Notes: generated from the letters alone by a model not told the origin. DNA of 64,000 nt from Raillietiella orientalis (GCA_036172245.1 JAYWIR010000019.1:124001-188000), one strand, 5' to 3'. Numbered from the stretch's first letter, positions 36,701 through 51,700 are shown. Made by a program: numbers and translations.

Positions 36701-39700
36701 ACCAGCGATGAGTCCTTCGTGCGCCTTCACGCTGAGCAATCCCTCTTTCCCGTCGCCGCATCATCCGTGGTCATCGTCGTCATCACGTCCATCATCGCTC
36801 CGCGCCACCTCGTTGCCTACGCGCATCACCTCTTCAGTCAGGCACGTTCTACGAGCCGGAGGTTACCTCCCACCCCACCCCACCCCACCTCACCTCACAC
36901 GGGGGGGGAGGAGACTCGGGTTTGACGACAGGCTGCTGGCGGCAGACCCGTCGTCTCGAATGCCCAACAGCGGTTCAGTGGGTCCGCTACACCCACACGC
37001 CGTTCCTTCCATCCCATGTGGGACTTCCGTTCCCTGGATGGGGAGGGGGAGCTCCTTGCGCGAGCGCCCTGTGCCCGCACCTGAGCCACTCCGATCCATT
37101 TGCGCAGGAGGTCGCGATTGCCGAGGACGTGCTCTCCTGGGAAACTCTGCAGCTTTTTTCCACCAGGAAGCGCTTGCAGGACCTCCAACCGCCCCTTTTT
37201 TTGTGATCAATACCATCTTTCATTATTTCTTAACTGCCTGTACGTCCAGCTTAATGATGCGTTCGCATTCGTGTGTGCATGTCATTTTGTTTGCTGCGAA
37301 ACTTCGCCCCAGCGCCTTCTCCTGGACGGGTTGTTAGCGATCGGTGATTAGGGAAAAACCGACGCGCAGAGTTCCTCCTCCCTCCCCCCCCCCCCCGCAG
37401 CTTTTTGGTTTCCTTTCCCGTCGCCGCCATCCCGGCGACGTCCTGGGAAGCGTGTTCCCTGCCCTCCCACGATCGGGAGGGAGGGTACGGACGAGCGTCC
37501 CGGTGACCAGGCGAACGGGAGCTTCCGGAGCTCGTCCTCGGTCGCGCCGCGCACGGAGGCGATCCTGCCTCCGTCGCCAAGGAACACTCCCAGCCGTCAA
37601 CTGGATGGTCGTCCTCCAGCCAAACTGCCATGAGGGGATGTCGATGCCCCCGGCCCTGTGAGAGAACTCCCTCCTTTGCGGCATCGAAAGAAGAGCGGCG
37701 AACTCCGGGAACTGTTTCCTCTTTGCTCCGCCAGAGTGCAGACTTTGCCAAAGTAGGGGAGAAGCGGGAGGACGAGGAGCTGCTCCGAGGGACTCGGGGT
37801 TCCTTCGAACGCGCGGAAAAGAATGTCAGCAAGGATGGCGTGCTCAACACGCAGTGGCGGTCGGGACGATCTCCTGGACGCACCACCATCCGGGCCGCAG
37901 ACGAATGTCTCCCGCGGCGGAGCGAAATCTCATCCGCTCGCAAGTCTGCAGAGTCTCGCTCCCTCGTCGCGGGCGGGGTTGCGGCTCAACCGACGCCTCC
38001 AGGCCGCGAGGAACGCCGGAACGTCTCTTTGTCGAGGTGCCCCGCCTTTCCCCTAGGGACATTCAGTTTCCACGACGTGAGTTTGCGGTTGCGAGCCTGG
38101 GTCCCTCTTCCCATTCCTCGGGAAAAAAAAAAAAATCCCTCGCTCTTCACCACGTTTGCGATTACCTGCCTCCGGAGTTTCGGGAGCCTGAAGCGGGATG
38201 AGCGGAGAGCAGCGCCAATCTCCGCAGAAGCGAACGAGCGACGGCGAGCGGCAGAGGTCAGGACTGTCAGGACGGCGTCCGCACGCTGGAAACGGTCCGT
38301 GTTCCCCTGAAGGGTAGAGTTACCCTTTCCGAGAACGGGGAACGCTCTCTCTGCTCCCGGAGAGCGCCCGGAGCCCAGAGAATTCGCGTGCAACATCCAC
38401 TCCTTGCGAATGCTCATATGGTTGCCATCGTGTAAGTCGTGCGCGTGTGTTTGTTTTGAGAGCGAGGGAGAGGGATTTCTTTTTTAAAAAAAAAAGTAAA
38501 CTCAAGTGGGCGCACGAAGGCTTCACGTGATTCCCGGCCTGCTGAGTTCCGATGTCAGTCGAGGGTGCCAACCTCGCAGCAATGTGCGCGACAGGTAGGC
38601 GTCGAAAGCAAACGCAAGTTCAGCAGCAGTCCGAGAAGCGCCCTGCGCGCGGCCACCTCGTCACCAAGCGACCGCCGGATCGTCTGGACGGATTTCTGCT
38701 CTTCGGAGAGATGGCTGCGTGGCCGAGGGGTGAGGCGGCCCTGCGAGGGAAACGCGATGTCGGTGGTGATTGGTTTGCGGCAACTTCCCCGGGCGCTGCG
38801 CTCCCTTTCTGCGGGCGCGCCGCTTCGTCTTGGCTCGCGGTTTCTCCCCTCTCATCTCTTCCTGAGGTTGAACTCGCCTTCCCGGACCACATGATTGGTG
38901 CTTGTGTTTATCGACAAGGTCGTGTTGGGTTTCCGTCGCGAGCCTCTCTCTCTCTCCCTCCCACTTTTCTTCTCGGAATCCGTGCTGCGCGCTCACGCGA
39001 CGCTTTCTCCGCTGAACGCCATGGGCTTTCGGCGGAAGACTCCGTCGTGGCCCGCATACGAGCCACGCGAGTGTGGAGAGAGCCAACATTCCGTTACGAG
39101 GTGGCACAGGCGGCGCTCGGTGCTCTCCTGCCAGGCACGTCCCACGTTGAAAGTTTGCTTGCTTCGCCTCGTCGGGTCCTCAACAGGCTGTTCAAAAACC
39201 TCTCTTCTGCCCTGCCTTTTCTTCCCATCCTTCTCAGACTGATACGTGTGATGGCCGCCCTCTCGTCATCCAAAACATCGAGTCGGAAACCGGAAAAATT
39301 CCCTGACTTCGAACGGCAGGCATCCATCTCGCGCTCGGACAAACGAAAGGTGCGCTGCAGCAAGGAGTTCGCAGAAACTCGCCTCGGGAGAGACACTCTG
39401 ATCTTAGCCAAAAGGCCGAGAAGCGAGCACATGTGGCAATAGAGATCCCGGCACAAGTCTCAAGGAAGCGGGTTCGAAACAAGCTCACGCACATACTCTA
39501 GCGACGGGACCCATAGCCAGAACGAGCAGACTTTGTCGGCAGAGGGAATCGGCGAATGAAGGAGGAATTCAGGTGGCGCAAAGCAACCACAAAGCGTTTT
39601 CGTAACACGCACCGCGAAATTTCGTCTGAAAATGGGGAAGGCTTAAGGGCACTTGAAGGGATCCTTTGAATGGGAGCATCTTCTCGAGTATTCAGGTTAA

Positions 39701-42700
39701 ACAATTCCCTCAACGCACCAATGTGCGCGGAGTAGTGAATGAGAACGCATCCCAAGGAAGTGGGCTCGAAACTTGTTACATACGCCTGTGACACGGTCAG
39801 GGGTCGCAGCACGAAAGCTTTGTCAGCAGTAATCTATCTGGATGAGGAAGCCGAAAAGACAGCGCAAGAGCAGAGAGGTCTCTGAGCATCCCTATTGCTG
39901 CCCAAAGTCTTTTGAATAGAACACAGACGGGGAAAGATCACGCCGAACCCTAGGGCGAATCCATCATCCCAACGACATGCGATAAACAAGGAGCGACTCC
40001 GAGACCACTTCAGCGGCAACTTGCCTTCGACTGATTAGAGAGTTTTTTAACTCTGCACCTCAAGAAAACTCTCCCCGAAATCAAGATGAAGACGTGTTTA
40101 TCGGAGATGCTCTCTGAGGCCCACGCCTCCTAACGAGGCCATCCCATCGGAGCATCAGCGGGATGCGGCTGTCGCCTCGGCTGCAAGGAGGTACCCGCGC
40201 GCGACGTCGCACCACCTCGCCGGCATGCCAAGCAAGCGCTGCAGGAGCTGGGAGAGTCATTTCGCGTCTCCAGCGCCTATGCTGCCACTGGTCGGCAAGG
40301 CCTTTTTATTTTTTCCTTCTTTCTCCGCCCCTGGTCCCCAGGGAATTCCAGGGTTCTGAACCGAATCGAGGGAGAAGAGAGAGCAGGACCCGTGGTTATT
40401 GGTGAGCTTAGGATGCCTCTTGGTTACGTTTGCTGCTGTAGCCGCACCTGCCTCGCGGGTTCCGAACCGCCGCGTTGCCTGCGATTCGGTTCGCCCATCC
40501 CGGAGGACTGCCGACCTGGGGTGCTTTCGAGGGTGAATTCTCCCGCCCTTCGCTGTCCAAGGCGAGCCTTCGCGTTTGCCTTTCCCAAACAATCGATTTC
40601 TTTCGAGCATGTGCCCTGCCCCTCATTGTTGTCAAACCATTGTTGATGCTCCGCGAATGATTGCTTCGGCGTGCACTGGAGCCAGAGTCGGCACAGCATT
40701 GGCTGCGAGATCGCGCGTAGCCCGGTCACCGCTCTCGCGTTCTTCCGAGGTGCGACGTGCCCGGCCGGTTCCCAGGGGCTGCGGCGACGGTATTGGCATC
40801 TGAATTTTGGAAGCGTCCCTTCGGGGTTCTCTTCAGAGGAGTGAACAAGAGCGGTCCCCTTGCGGTTTCCCCCGAAGAAGAAATTCCTACTGGCGGATCC
40901 TTTCCGGGCTCCCTTCGAAGAAGATGAAATGGAGAGGACCACCACCCTCCTGGGGGTGTCCCTTCGGAGACAACCAGGGTGGGAGGTGCGACATTCCCCT
41001 CCGGGGGGATCCCTCCCCAAGCGTGAGAGGAACGGACTCCGAGCCCTTCCTGGATTCATAGGGCGGACGCCATGGCCGCGCTCGCTTCTAGCAGCCAGCG
41101 CGGAAGGCATCCGCCCTCCCCTCGACCCGTGACGGGACGGGCACCACGCCAGCGCTCTCTCATCATGGTGATGAGGCGGTTCGACCGAAGATGTCGCAGC
41201 TCGCGAAGCTCCGCTTGGGATTGCTCGAGAAGATCCGTTGCCCCGGCCATGCTTTGCAGGCGTGGATCCATTCCTTCCTTCCCGTCTCCTCTTCGTGCGA
41301 CTGTCATGGAGGTCACCCGTTTCGAAGATGGGTGCCCTTCTTCCTCTCCAGTCAGTTTCGGTCAGTCTGTCTCTGTCCCAGTAATCTTCCTCTGGGACCA
41401 GCTGCTCTCTTCTTCCTGCGACCTTGTCCCCACCGTCCCTGTCCTCGAAGAGCGCGGCGACCGCGAACGCGCTTCGGAAACTCCCATCCTGAGCGCCAAG
41501 CGCCTGGTTGCCGGGACACTCGTCCGTACGTCCGACCCTCCCGATCTTGGGAGGGCAGGGAATGCGCTCTTCCCAAGACGTCGCCGACATGCGTCCAACT
41601 CGAGCAGCCGCTTTCGCGTCCGGTCTCCTCCGCCCTCCCTTCGTGGTCTGCGACCATTCCCCGTGGACGAAGCAGCGTGCGTCGTTTTTCTCTGCGTCTC
41701 TCCGTGCACTTGACTTTTATCGCCGCTTTCGCAATGCCCACTCGGCGGTCGTCCGCTTCCGTCCGGAGTATCGTGCAGCTTCACAAAGTCGCTCCGGGAA
41801 CGACGCACGTGAGCCGCGCAGCGGCGCAGGCGCGACGTCCGAGCGCGCGGAATCCTGCACCGCGAGATTCATCTCCTGAGCTCCTTCTCTCCTGGAGGAA
41901 GCAAGCTCGCACCTCGCGAGGGTGGGTGAGGGTGGAAGTGGGTGGGACGGGCTGCTCACCCTTCGGTCGGGGCAGCGCTTCAGCAGGTAGCTGCTGCCTT
42001 GGGAGCGCCTTCCGTTCCCCTGCGCAGCTGGAGCGGGGGGCTTCCGTGGAAGAAATCGCAGTCCCGTTTCCGAGCAACCCTTTCGGCTCCTCCTCCTTTT
42101 GCCTTCTGGGAGAACCTCTCCCTTCCGCCAGCAGGAGACACCACTTGCAGGAAAGGACCAGGCTGCACCTAGGCATCCCGGCATTCTCCACGTCCGAGGT
42201 CGTCGGGAAACGTTCGGGCTGCCGTCCCAGAACTCCAAGGAAGGGTTGCCGGCTGGCGTCAGGTCGGCTTCGGACGGGTCCCCTTAGCAGGATGGCAACT
42301 CAAGAAGAAAAGGAAACGGGCAGGTCGGGGGTGTTGATGATGATGACGGCGAGGACGCTGCTCGCTGTGAAGATTATGGCGTTGACAACGATGGCTGCGA
42401 GGATACCGGTGGTGCCTGGTGACTATGGCGACGGCGACGATGCGATGGACCAAACGAGGGTTCAGCCCTCAGCTCTCCTGAGGACCCTCCCACGCGCGTA
42501 CATCCCGTGACAGGAAGAAATCGCGCGTGCTGGTGGGCTTGGCTCGTCGCGCTCCCGGGTGTTGCACAGGCGTCCGCCCTCGTCTCCAGGACGCCTCCGG
42601 TCAGCACGATCGGGGGCAGGCTGCTAACACTGGAAGGTTTCTTTTTTCCTCCCGCCAGCGCGGATGCCCTTGCGTGGGCGGGCAGGCAGCTCCGTTGGCG

Positions 42701-45700
42701 GGAGGCGGGAAGCCTCCGCCGCAAACGTCGGTTCGCTCTCGCCAGCCAATCACGGAGGCGATGAAGCTGATGTCTTCCGCCGCCGCGCGGAGAGAGCGAG
42801 GGCGGGGAAGAGGCAAGGCGGCTGCCTGCGCGTCCGAACGGTGCGTGAAGGAGAGCGCGCTGTGGGTGGCTGTGGGAAGCGTCTCTGCCCCTTGTGTTGG
42901 GGGCCCTGCGCACGCCCTCCGCCCCGTCGCGGGCAGGGAGTCATTGAGGAGGCAGACTGACTGAGTGCAAGGCGGTGGTGTCATCCGGCTCCTTCACGCC
43001 AGGACGCCCTTCGTCTGTCTCGCCTGTGCCCCTTTGCCGACTGGGGATGGGCGTCTCCAAAGAGCCCGCTCCACGAGGGTAACAGATGCAGGCCGGTCAG
43101 GACCCTCCTTTCGAACCGGCCTCCTCCCGCAGAGGCTCCAACTTCATCCTTCCGCGGTGCGATCACTTCCTGGAACGCGGAGTGCCTCGTTGTGCTCCGG
43201 GTCGGGGTAGAGCGCCCAGACCGTGACCTCACGGCCCACTCGGAGACCAAGCAAGGAGGTTTCTGGCTGCTAAAGTGCGTGCGTTGTGTACTGCTGCGTG
43301 CGTATCTGTGGGGATGCGTGAGTGCCCACGGATCTGTACGCGAGTGTGTACATGTCCGACTTTACGTGCCTGCGTGTGCTCGTGTTTTTCTCCCTCCCTC
43401 TGATATATTCTCTCTTTTTTTTTTGGGGGGGGGGGGGTCCGTTTTACGTCTCGATATCTTGGCGTTCCATTTTACAGGCCGGATGTGTCTTCCCGCTCGA
43501 CCGTTTTCAACAGTGATGTGCAAGGAATGGAAAACAAGGGTTGCCATAACGACTGTTTTCCGCGTGAATTTATTTGAGGCGAGTTTACCTCAGCGATCGA
43601 TCCACTGTTGTGGGGACGTGCGAAAAACGCGTGGCTCGCAGACCGAGGCGGAGAGGAAAGCCCGTTCGCTCCAGGAGAGGAGAAGGGGGGGGGAGCGATG
43701 GGGCAAAGTGTGGCCACGACGCAGGTGTCCACCCACGGCGAGACGAGTGCGAAACGGGGGGGCTCGGGCACGTCTTGCTTCCGTAAAGTTTCCGTTTCCG
43801 TCAGCCCGCCACGCCACGTTATCGAGCGGAAAGCGGCGGACGCCTTGACGCCGCGTTGTGGGAGCCGCCGCGATCGAACCGCTGCGGAAAATTTCTGCCC
43901 GCCGTGCTGTGGGTGGCGTTCCCGGCTGGGGTCTCTTGCCGGGGGACCGTTTTCCATGGAATGGACGAAGGTCCGAGTGCGGTAGCCCTCAGCTGGATCG
44001 GGACGTCGTGCTCTGTCTCCCTGAAGAATGCTCTAAAGGACCGGACCGATAGATTCCGGAGTTTCGGATTCCGAGGAGATTCCTGCGAACCGGATTTTGT
44101 CTGGCTGCTTTCTGGATGGTCAAGTGATGCCTTTCCGTCTCCTCACCCCCAGTTTCACGTTTTTCCCGTTCGTCCGGCAAGCCAATAGCAGCTGCCCTCC
44201 TGCCGGCGCTGCCCGGTCCCATCTGTTCTTCGGATGTTCCAGATGCTCCTCCCGTCGGAAAGGGAGTCGCCGCCGCGCAAGCCGCCGCGGCGGGTTCAGC
44301 GACCACGACTTACCGAAGGACCGCTCGTATCCGCTTCCGCCTCGGCGGTTGGCAAGCGCGCGGACGATGGGCGCTCTCCTGCTAGGCGCAAGGAGCGACC
44401 GTAGGTCGGTTGCACCTCTAGCCGCGCGATCTCCCGGCCAACTGAATCACACGAGGGCCGGGCAAGTCCCCGCCTCGATCAGTAGAGTCACAAACTATGG
44501 GGCAGGCAGGACTGTGAGGAGCGTTCGTGTTCTTCCCGCGCCCAGGGCAGCTTCCCGGTGCAGCCGCCAACGGCCAACGCGATGCGCCAGCGGGCGGGCC
44601 CTCCCGCCCAAAAGCGTGTACGCGTACGTGTGGGAACGATGCACACGTCCATGGATGGGTTGCCATGACGTGTAATACATATTGAATTCCGAATTTTCGT
44701 ACCTGCGCGCGCGCGTACAGACGCGCGCCTCCTTGCTGCGGATCGATAGCGTACACGTGCGGGCGCGTGTGCCGTGGGGTGCGCGTGGGTGTTCCTGGAT
44801 GGGATGCCGATGCCCGTTGGTGCGCACGTCCTCCCGCGCCGCATCTCCGTCACCCGGCGGTGGCGCGCGCGGCGAAAAGCGTCGTCCGGATGGCGACGGC
44901 ACGTCCTTCCTTCCTCCCCTTCCTCACCTGCCCGGCTCCTGCGGGTGTCCCCATCCTTGCGCGCGTGGGGTGCCGTTCGGCTCCTCTCGCTCGGATGCCC
45001 GCCGGTAGCGGCAACCGATCCACGGGGATCGGGCGGGAATGCAGGAGCAGGTTTCCCAGATCGTGGCTTGCCCCGAGTCTGTGACAGGAGGCCGATCGAT
45101 GCCGAAAAGTTTTCGCCGCTCCTCGTCGGACAGCGAGCGCCTCCCCATCGTGACGGGGGGAAGAAAGCGCGGCAGCCCTCGCACGAGCGGCCCTGTGTGG
45201 TGTGGCTGTGCGAGCAGACCGCCGTCGTCTGGCCGTGTGCGATCGAGGGCGTCGCGGGCGATGGATGCAGACGGTGCCGCAAGCATTCCGCAGTGACGGC
45301 AAGACAGGGTGCACAAGAGCGACCCCCCAAGGATGGTTCCCGATTATGTGTGATTCCCATGGATTCTCGGCATCCGGATTACCTTGTTGGCGGAGGGTGG
45401 GGTGCCTTTTCAGAGGAAAGAATTACGTACGTATGAGACTTCTCGCGTGTGAGCGTGCGTGTGTGCCGAGAGAATGCGTGACGCGACACACTCATGTCTG
45501 CGCACGTATTTATCCGCCGTAAGGTCTGCCAACGATGGCGGATGTCAGGTTGACGCATGGAAGCTGCCCCCTAGTTTTTCCCGTGTCGCGAAGGGACAGG
45601 AGGGGGGAGGGGGCCATCCGGTTATGCGTTATCGACTGTTTCCAGCTGAGATTGGTTAGCATGCATCCGATACGTGCTCCGGGAATCCGGAATACAGGTA

Positions 45701-48700
45701 GTACACATCTGCGGGGACTCGAAGCTGCCTTGAACATGAAGCTACCTGGCCATGAACGTCAGAGTCGAAAAAATTCCATCTCGTTCCGTAATGCGTTCCC
45801 TCCCTCACTGATTCTTCCGTCTTCGCCCCGTTCGCAGCCAGCTCGTCCCTCACGCCTGGTGTTCGATGTCCGCGCCATGGTGGCTCTTCCGCCCAGCGTG
45901 TGCGCTGTCCACGTTCACGAACGACTGTCGGGAATCGGGATTGATTGCATGTAAGATTTTGTTGTTGTTTGTTGATTATCACTTACGCCGTCGTCATCGC
46001 TACGATTGTCACGTTGCGTTTCTGTGATCACGAGTTCACCTTATTAAATGGTTAGTTGGCGCAAGCTCTCTCATACAGCATCTTCCTCCATCTGTTCCTA
46101 TAGGTAAGCCAGCAGCGGCAGTGGCATTTCAAACGAATTCCGAAACAAGAGAAAAAAAAAAAAAGGAAGGAAACTTGGCACTTCTGTTGCACTTCCGCTT
46201 TCTTTGTTGCGAGCAGAATTCTACCGCGTTCCAGAATTGTCGCTCCGCATTGTTTCAGCCGCTGTTGCCTAGACGCGGTTGCCGCGACGGACGGTCGCCG
46301 TCGCAGCATGTGGGACTCCAGGACCGGGGTCGGCACGGGCGATTGCGCCCCTCGTGACGACGACTCGCAGCAGATACTCCCGAGTGCCTCGCTGCACCGG
46401 GCCTCGGCCGGGGGGCCCACCCGACCCAAAGATCTGCGCAGTCCCCCCCCCCTTCTCTCTCTTTTTTTTTTTCTTTCCGGGTGAATTTTCAAGCTCTTGA
46501 AAGTTCAGGCACGCAGGGAACCGTGCGGGGAGACTCTCATATTTTCTGTGCTGCTGCGAACAGGATCGCGTGGCAGCCTCCTCTGGGACACGGCGCGCCG
46601 TTATCTCCCTATCTTTATATCTTTTTTTTTCTTCTTCTTTTTTCCTCGGATCGGGCGCGCTCGCTGCTGCGCCCCCTCCTGCCCCTTCCCATCTGCGCGG
46701 TGAGCGCCACTCGGCACGTCGGCGACGATGAGGCGACCGGTCGCCACGGTTACGTGACTGCGGTTTTCGCGACCTCGAAGGAGGTGGCAGGCTTTTTCCC
46801 ATCCAATAGATAAAATACAAACGGGGAAAAAAAGAGGAAGGAGATCGATGCAAATGCATCACAGAGTTCGTGGGAACTGGCGTTTCCAACGCATTCATTA
46901 TCCACCCTCCCGGAATGTGGAAAATGAGTTTTTTTTTTTTTTTCTTTTCCTTTTCTTCCTCTTCTGGTGTCTGTGTGTGTCTATGGGTGTGCGTGTCATT
47001 ACAAAGAGAGAGCGCCTTTTGTGATTTTCGTTGCAGCCCAGTACGCTTGTTTCAGACCTGTCTGCAACAAGCATCCCGGGGAGTGGAGAGGGGGGGGGGG
47101 GACGCGAAAATGGTTCTTGGGCAACGGGTGAAGGGTGAGTGGGGAGGTCGAAGGGTTACCGACGTCCAGAGGGGAAAAGAAAAAAAAAACAGTCGCCGCA
47201 CGCACACATTGCATGTGTTCGTGTGCACAAGTGCGCACCACGAACCCAACCGTGGACTTCGGGGACGCATCGAGGAAAAAAGTACATTTCGGTCCTTCGG
47301 AGCAGCTGCCACCTCGGCCACGCGAGGCCGTACGTGTACAAAATGGAAAAGGACGTGAAAAAGCTGTGCTGGCATTTCGGCAGGCAAGAGGCTGCGCATG
47401 CAGATGCAAAGGGAGCAGAACGTTCCATGTTTAAGTGCTCTTCCTAATTTAGCAGCTTGCGTTCTGCCTTACCGGCAGTAATCAGCGTCATTAACGCCCC
47501 TCGTTCGAGGATACGGTCGACGAGACATTTCCTCTCTAAAAACAACTGAGAGATATCAGAGAAAGATGTTTGAAAATGTTGAAGGCATGCAACAAGCATG
47601 CGCGCGCCCTTCCTATGCGGCCATTCAATCCTTCGCAGCCGCTCTGACGCAGGGGATGACCTTTGCCCACGGTACCTTGCCGTGTCCTTCCGATTGACTG
47701 CAAACGAACGTAAGAGGAGCAGTTTCCCTTGATCCTCGACGTCGTGTGATCCCCTCTGTGCCTCCCCGTTCGTCCGGCGGGAGGAAAAGGTGGCAGGGAA
47801 ACTTTCGAGCTCGCGTGTGCTGCTCGGTCATCGGCTTCTTCCGTGACTTTGCCAGGAGGGCGTTCCTCGCCGGCAGCAAGCGCGTGGGGTAGCTGCCGTC
47901 TGCATTCCCCGGCTGGACGCGCGTCACCCCTGTTGTGTGCTTCGCTTCCGTGCGGGGATGCACTCGACGGCATCGTCCAAGGAAGCCGTTCGTGACCTTG
48001 GCTCGAAATGCCCTCGTGTGGATGGATCTGCTTCAAGACCTCCTTTGATGTCGATCGCGTATCCCCCTCCCCCCCTCTTTTCTTTCTCGCTCCCTTCGGT
48101 GATGTCCTGTCGAGTCTTACCTGCCGCCCTCGAGGTCTCATAGCTGCCGGACTCGGCGGCAGCAACCATCGCTCTCCCTTCTGTACTGTGCACGTGCACT
48201 AACCAGGCGGACGTAGCGCGCGATGCAACCCCCGTCAACATCTGCCCGCTTACCTCTTCTTCGTCCCCCAGCAGCCATCTGCTCTCTCTCTTGGCTGTTG
48301 CCAGGATATTGCCCAGAGCTGTGAAGCAGTCCCCAATTGTATTTTTGTTGCTTCTTGTTTGCCGACCGCCGCCGGCGCTCAGTGTGTGTCGCCTGGAGAA
48401 CAACGTCAGCAGGTCGGTTTTCTCGCTGTCTTCCCGGTCTCCGTTGAACTCGAAATCGGTAGCGTCGCGGTCAAGGTTTCGCGGATGTTGGCCATCTCAC
48501 CTCAGGGGCATCGCCGTCAGGTCGTTCTTTCCCGGTCCCTCCGCATCCGCCTCCTGCAGCGGAGTTGCCACGCCAGCGGAGGTGCACGTCGGCAACAGTC
48601 GGTCGCCACGGTTACGCAACAGCAGGTTCCGCGTAGCGCGACCACGAAGGAGGTTGCAAGCTTTTTTTTTTTTTTTTTTCTTTTTCAAACTAAAAAATGA

Positions 48701-51700
48701 GCGTAAATGTAGCCGAAATGTAGCAGATGTGCTGAAGAGCAAACGGGAGCAAAACATGTCATGTTTAAGCCGCCCTTCCTGTTTAACAGCTTGCGTTCTG
48801 CCTCGCCGGCAGTGGTCAAAGTCATTAACGCCCCCCGTTCGAGGATTTGTCAACGAGGCTTGGCGCCAGCGGAGGTGGAGATTCCCCAGTCTGCCGCGCT
48901 TCGCAGTTTGGCAAGATGCGGGAGAACTCTTCCCGATTCCCTCCGCCGCTTCATCCCCCGCGCGGATTCCGGTTGGGATGGGAAGGGAAGGGGGTGCGTG
49001 TGGGATGCCGTGGTCTCCCCTTCCGGCGAAACCGAGCCCCCGAACAAGCGGCCGCTGCCCTGTCGATTGGGTTTCGTTCTTGAGGGACAGCTTCTCGGAC
49101 AGCGGGAATCCAAGGAGCGAATGCGCGTGTCCGTGCTTTTCGTACTTTCGGAAAACGCGATCGAGTGAACCTTCGCGATGACGTCAGCAGACATTTGCGT
49201 ACCTCCTGGGAGCAGGGGTGCCACTTACCACGAAGAAAAAAGGCGGGAAGACGGGACCGAAAGCAGGAGGGAGATAACGTCTCTGTCCCGCGGGCGCGTC
49301 TTGACGCCCTCTTGCGAAAAAACAAGGAAGACTTGCCAGCACCTCACGGGGAGCCAAGGTTTCCCCCCCCCCCCCCCGGGCTCTTGTGCATCGGGAAGCA
49401 GCCGGAAATCGGAAACGGAACCGCCACTGCAGGATGGACCTGTCAGGTGCATGCATGCGCACTCGAACGCGGAGCCGTTCGCGCGCTCGGGCACGTTCGG
49501 GCCCTCCGGGAATGCAGCACGCAGGGCCGAGTTGCGGCGTTGCCGGGCGCGGCTCCCACCCGGCAGAAGCGAGGGTGCGGGGGGGAGTGGGCCGTCCACT
49601 CGCTTCGACGCATCCGCACGCGGGACGGGTGGCGCCCACTGGGAGCGCCGTCTGCGCGCTAGTGGCTCGGAAGGATATTGTTGTCCTGCGTTGGGATGCT
49701 ATTGAGCTCGGATCCAGCAAAACCTCCAAGGACGAGTCTTGGACGACGCATCGACGAAGTAGTCAGAGGATAAAGCTGGTGTGCTCCTGCAGCTCAAGCC
49801 CCCCTCCTTCCCCCCTCCCCCCTGCTGCGCAACACGTTCGGTCCTCGGCAGGGTTGCCGGTACGAAATCCCTCACCCGGCATGCTCTAGAACGAGAGGAA
49901 CTTGTGAACTGCATAGAGTTCTGGGACGCGAGGACTCGTTGCGTCGACAAATCCCTGCAGCATAGGGGTGAAGTCTGCAGGTGTGGGAGTGGGGGGAGGT
50001 CATCAGGCGACGCGTGCGTGAACCCGTGCTGCGGGGAAGGTGCGTTCCACGGTCTCTGGGCGGAGGCAGCATCTCGTTGCGGGAGGAGGAAGCGACGGTG
50101 CAGCTTTTGTTAAAGCTCTCTAGAGGGGTCTGCAGTCGAACCAGGGAGACAGGGGGGGGGGGGCAACAAGAGCAACGTCGCTGATCCGTCGCTACCGATC
50201 TCCGCAGCGAGATGCCGGTGCTTCCGCTTTGAAGAGGTTCCGGGGCAACCAGGGGAAGCGAAGGAGAGAGATGTCCCCCTTAGCGTGGCTTGGGGGACTA
50301 TGCGACCCCTGTCGGACGTCCGAGGCGGAAAGGGAGGCAGAGGTGAACAGCTCTCCGACTGCTCCTTGCACAGGGTGTGCGCCACGAGCCCACAGCGGTC
50401 TCGATGGCGATGTTCTCCCGCACGCTCCTCTGTTCATCCCTCGCTTGTAAAGCACGGAGAGGATGGGATGGGAAGAAAGAAGAGTGCATGAGGAGGGAGG
50501 AAGATGGGTGAATGGAAATGAGTAGAGTAGGAAAGGGTGAGAATAAGAAGAGAAGTGGACGAGGAGGAGTGGATGACAAGAAAGAGGAGGTGCTTCCCCC
50601 GCAAGCAGGTGCACCGATTTCGTACCTTGGAAAAGGGTTGACCGAATGGTCCACCGCTGGTCTATCCACATGTTCATCCCTCGCCCCATCCTTCCGCAGC
50701 TGCTCCACTGCCCCAGAGCTGTCTCGCAAGTGTCAGCCGTCGGAACGGCGGGTGGGCAGCTCCGTGCCGTTTGACCTCTTCCTGCGGCTCGAAGCCGTCT
50801 TCCGGCAACCCAATTCCTAGAAGGACGTGCGCCGTTTCGTTGCCCCCAGGGTCGTCCCGAGCGACCGCCAGGACTTCCCCTCCTGGCAGTGCCAAGAGCG
50901 AGTCGATGGCGAGCAGCGCGTCCACTGCTCACGTCCGTCGCGGTGCTTGGACTCGCGATTGCTGAAGTGGACTCGTTCCCGGCGCTTCCCGAACAGCTTG
51001 CAGAGTAGTTTCCCGAGAGTGGACCTTCGGGATTGGCGGGCTGGTCGCATCTTTTTCTTTCTTTCTGTTTTTGCGAAATCGCTTCCTTGGGTTCCTCAAG
51101 GTGCATACTATGCATCGGTGGCGTGAGCCTCGTGAAGGTAGCGGCAAAAGGAATCAGGGGGAGGGAGGAATGACGGGTGGAGATGTGGAGGCTGAAGAGA
51201 TGAAGAACCTCCCTAGGAGGAGGTCTGGAATGCCCCTCGCCTCCTCCTTCTCGCTTCCCAATGCACCGCTTTGCACTCCCTTCGCTCGCGATGCTGCGAG
51301 CGCCAGGGAACATTCGTCGGGGGGCGCAACGAAGCTTCCGGAGGAGCGTCTCTGACCGCATGCTTTTTTGGGTTTTTATCCTGCCCCGTCTGTTGCCCTG
51401 GAAGGGGAGTTCTCTCTAGAGCGCCACGCAAAAGCTGGGTGGCGTCCGTCCTGCCACGCGGGATGCTGCGATCTTCCTGCTCATCTCCTCCTCGTCCTCC
51501 CTCCTACTTCCACCCTCTCGTCGTCTTCCCGGTCTCGGGGATGCGGCGAGTCCGGCGCTCCAGTGGCTCTTTCTCACCGCTCTGTCTCTTCCTCATTCCA
51601 GAATGGGAGGCACCAAGCCGTGGAGATCGTCGCCAACCCCCAGCAAGCAGCAGCAGCAGCGCCACACCCTGCCGTGACGGGATCGGAGCTGGTCGTGCAG

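Noticed and set aside
38552..39442. 296-aa + strand ORF nested in the Syd-1 intron
   Set aside because: No domain or transposase/RT motif recognised
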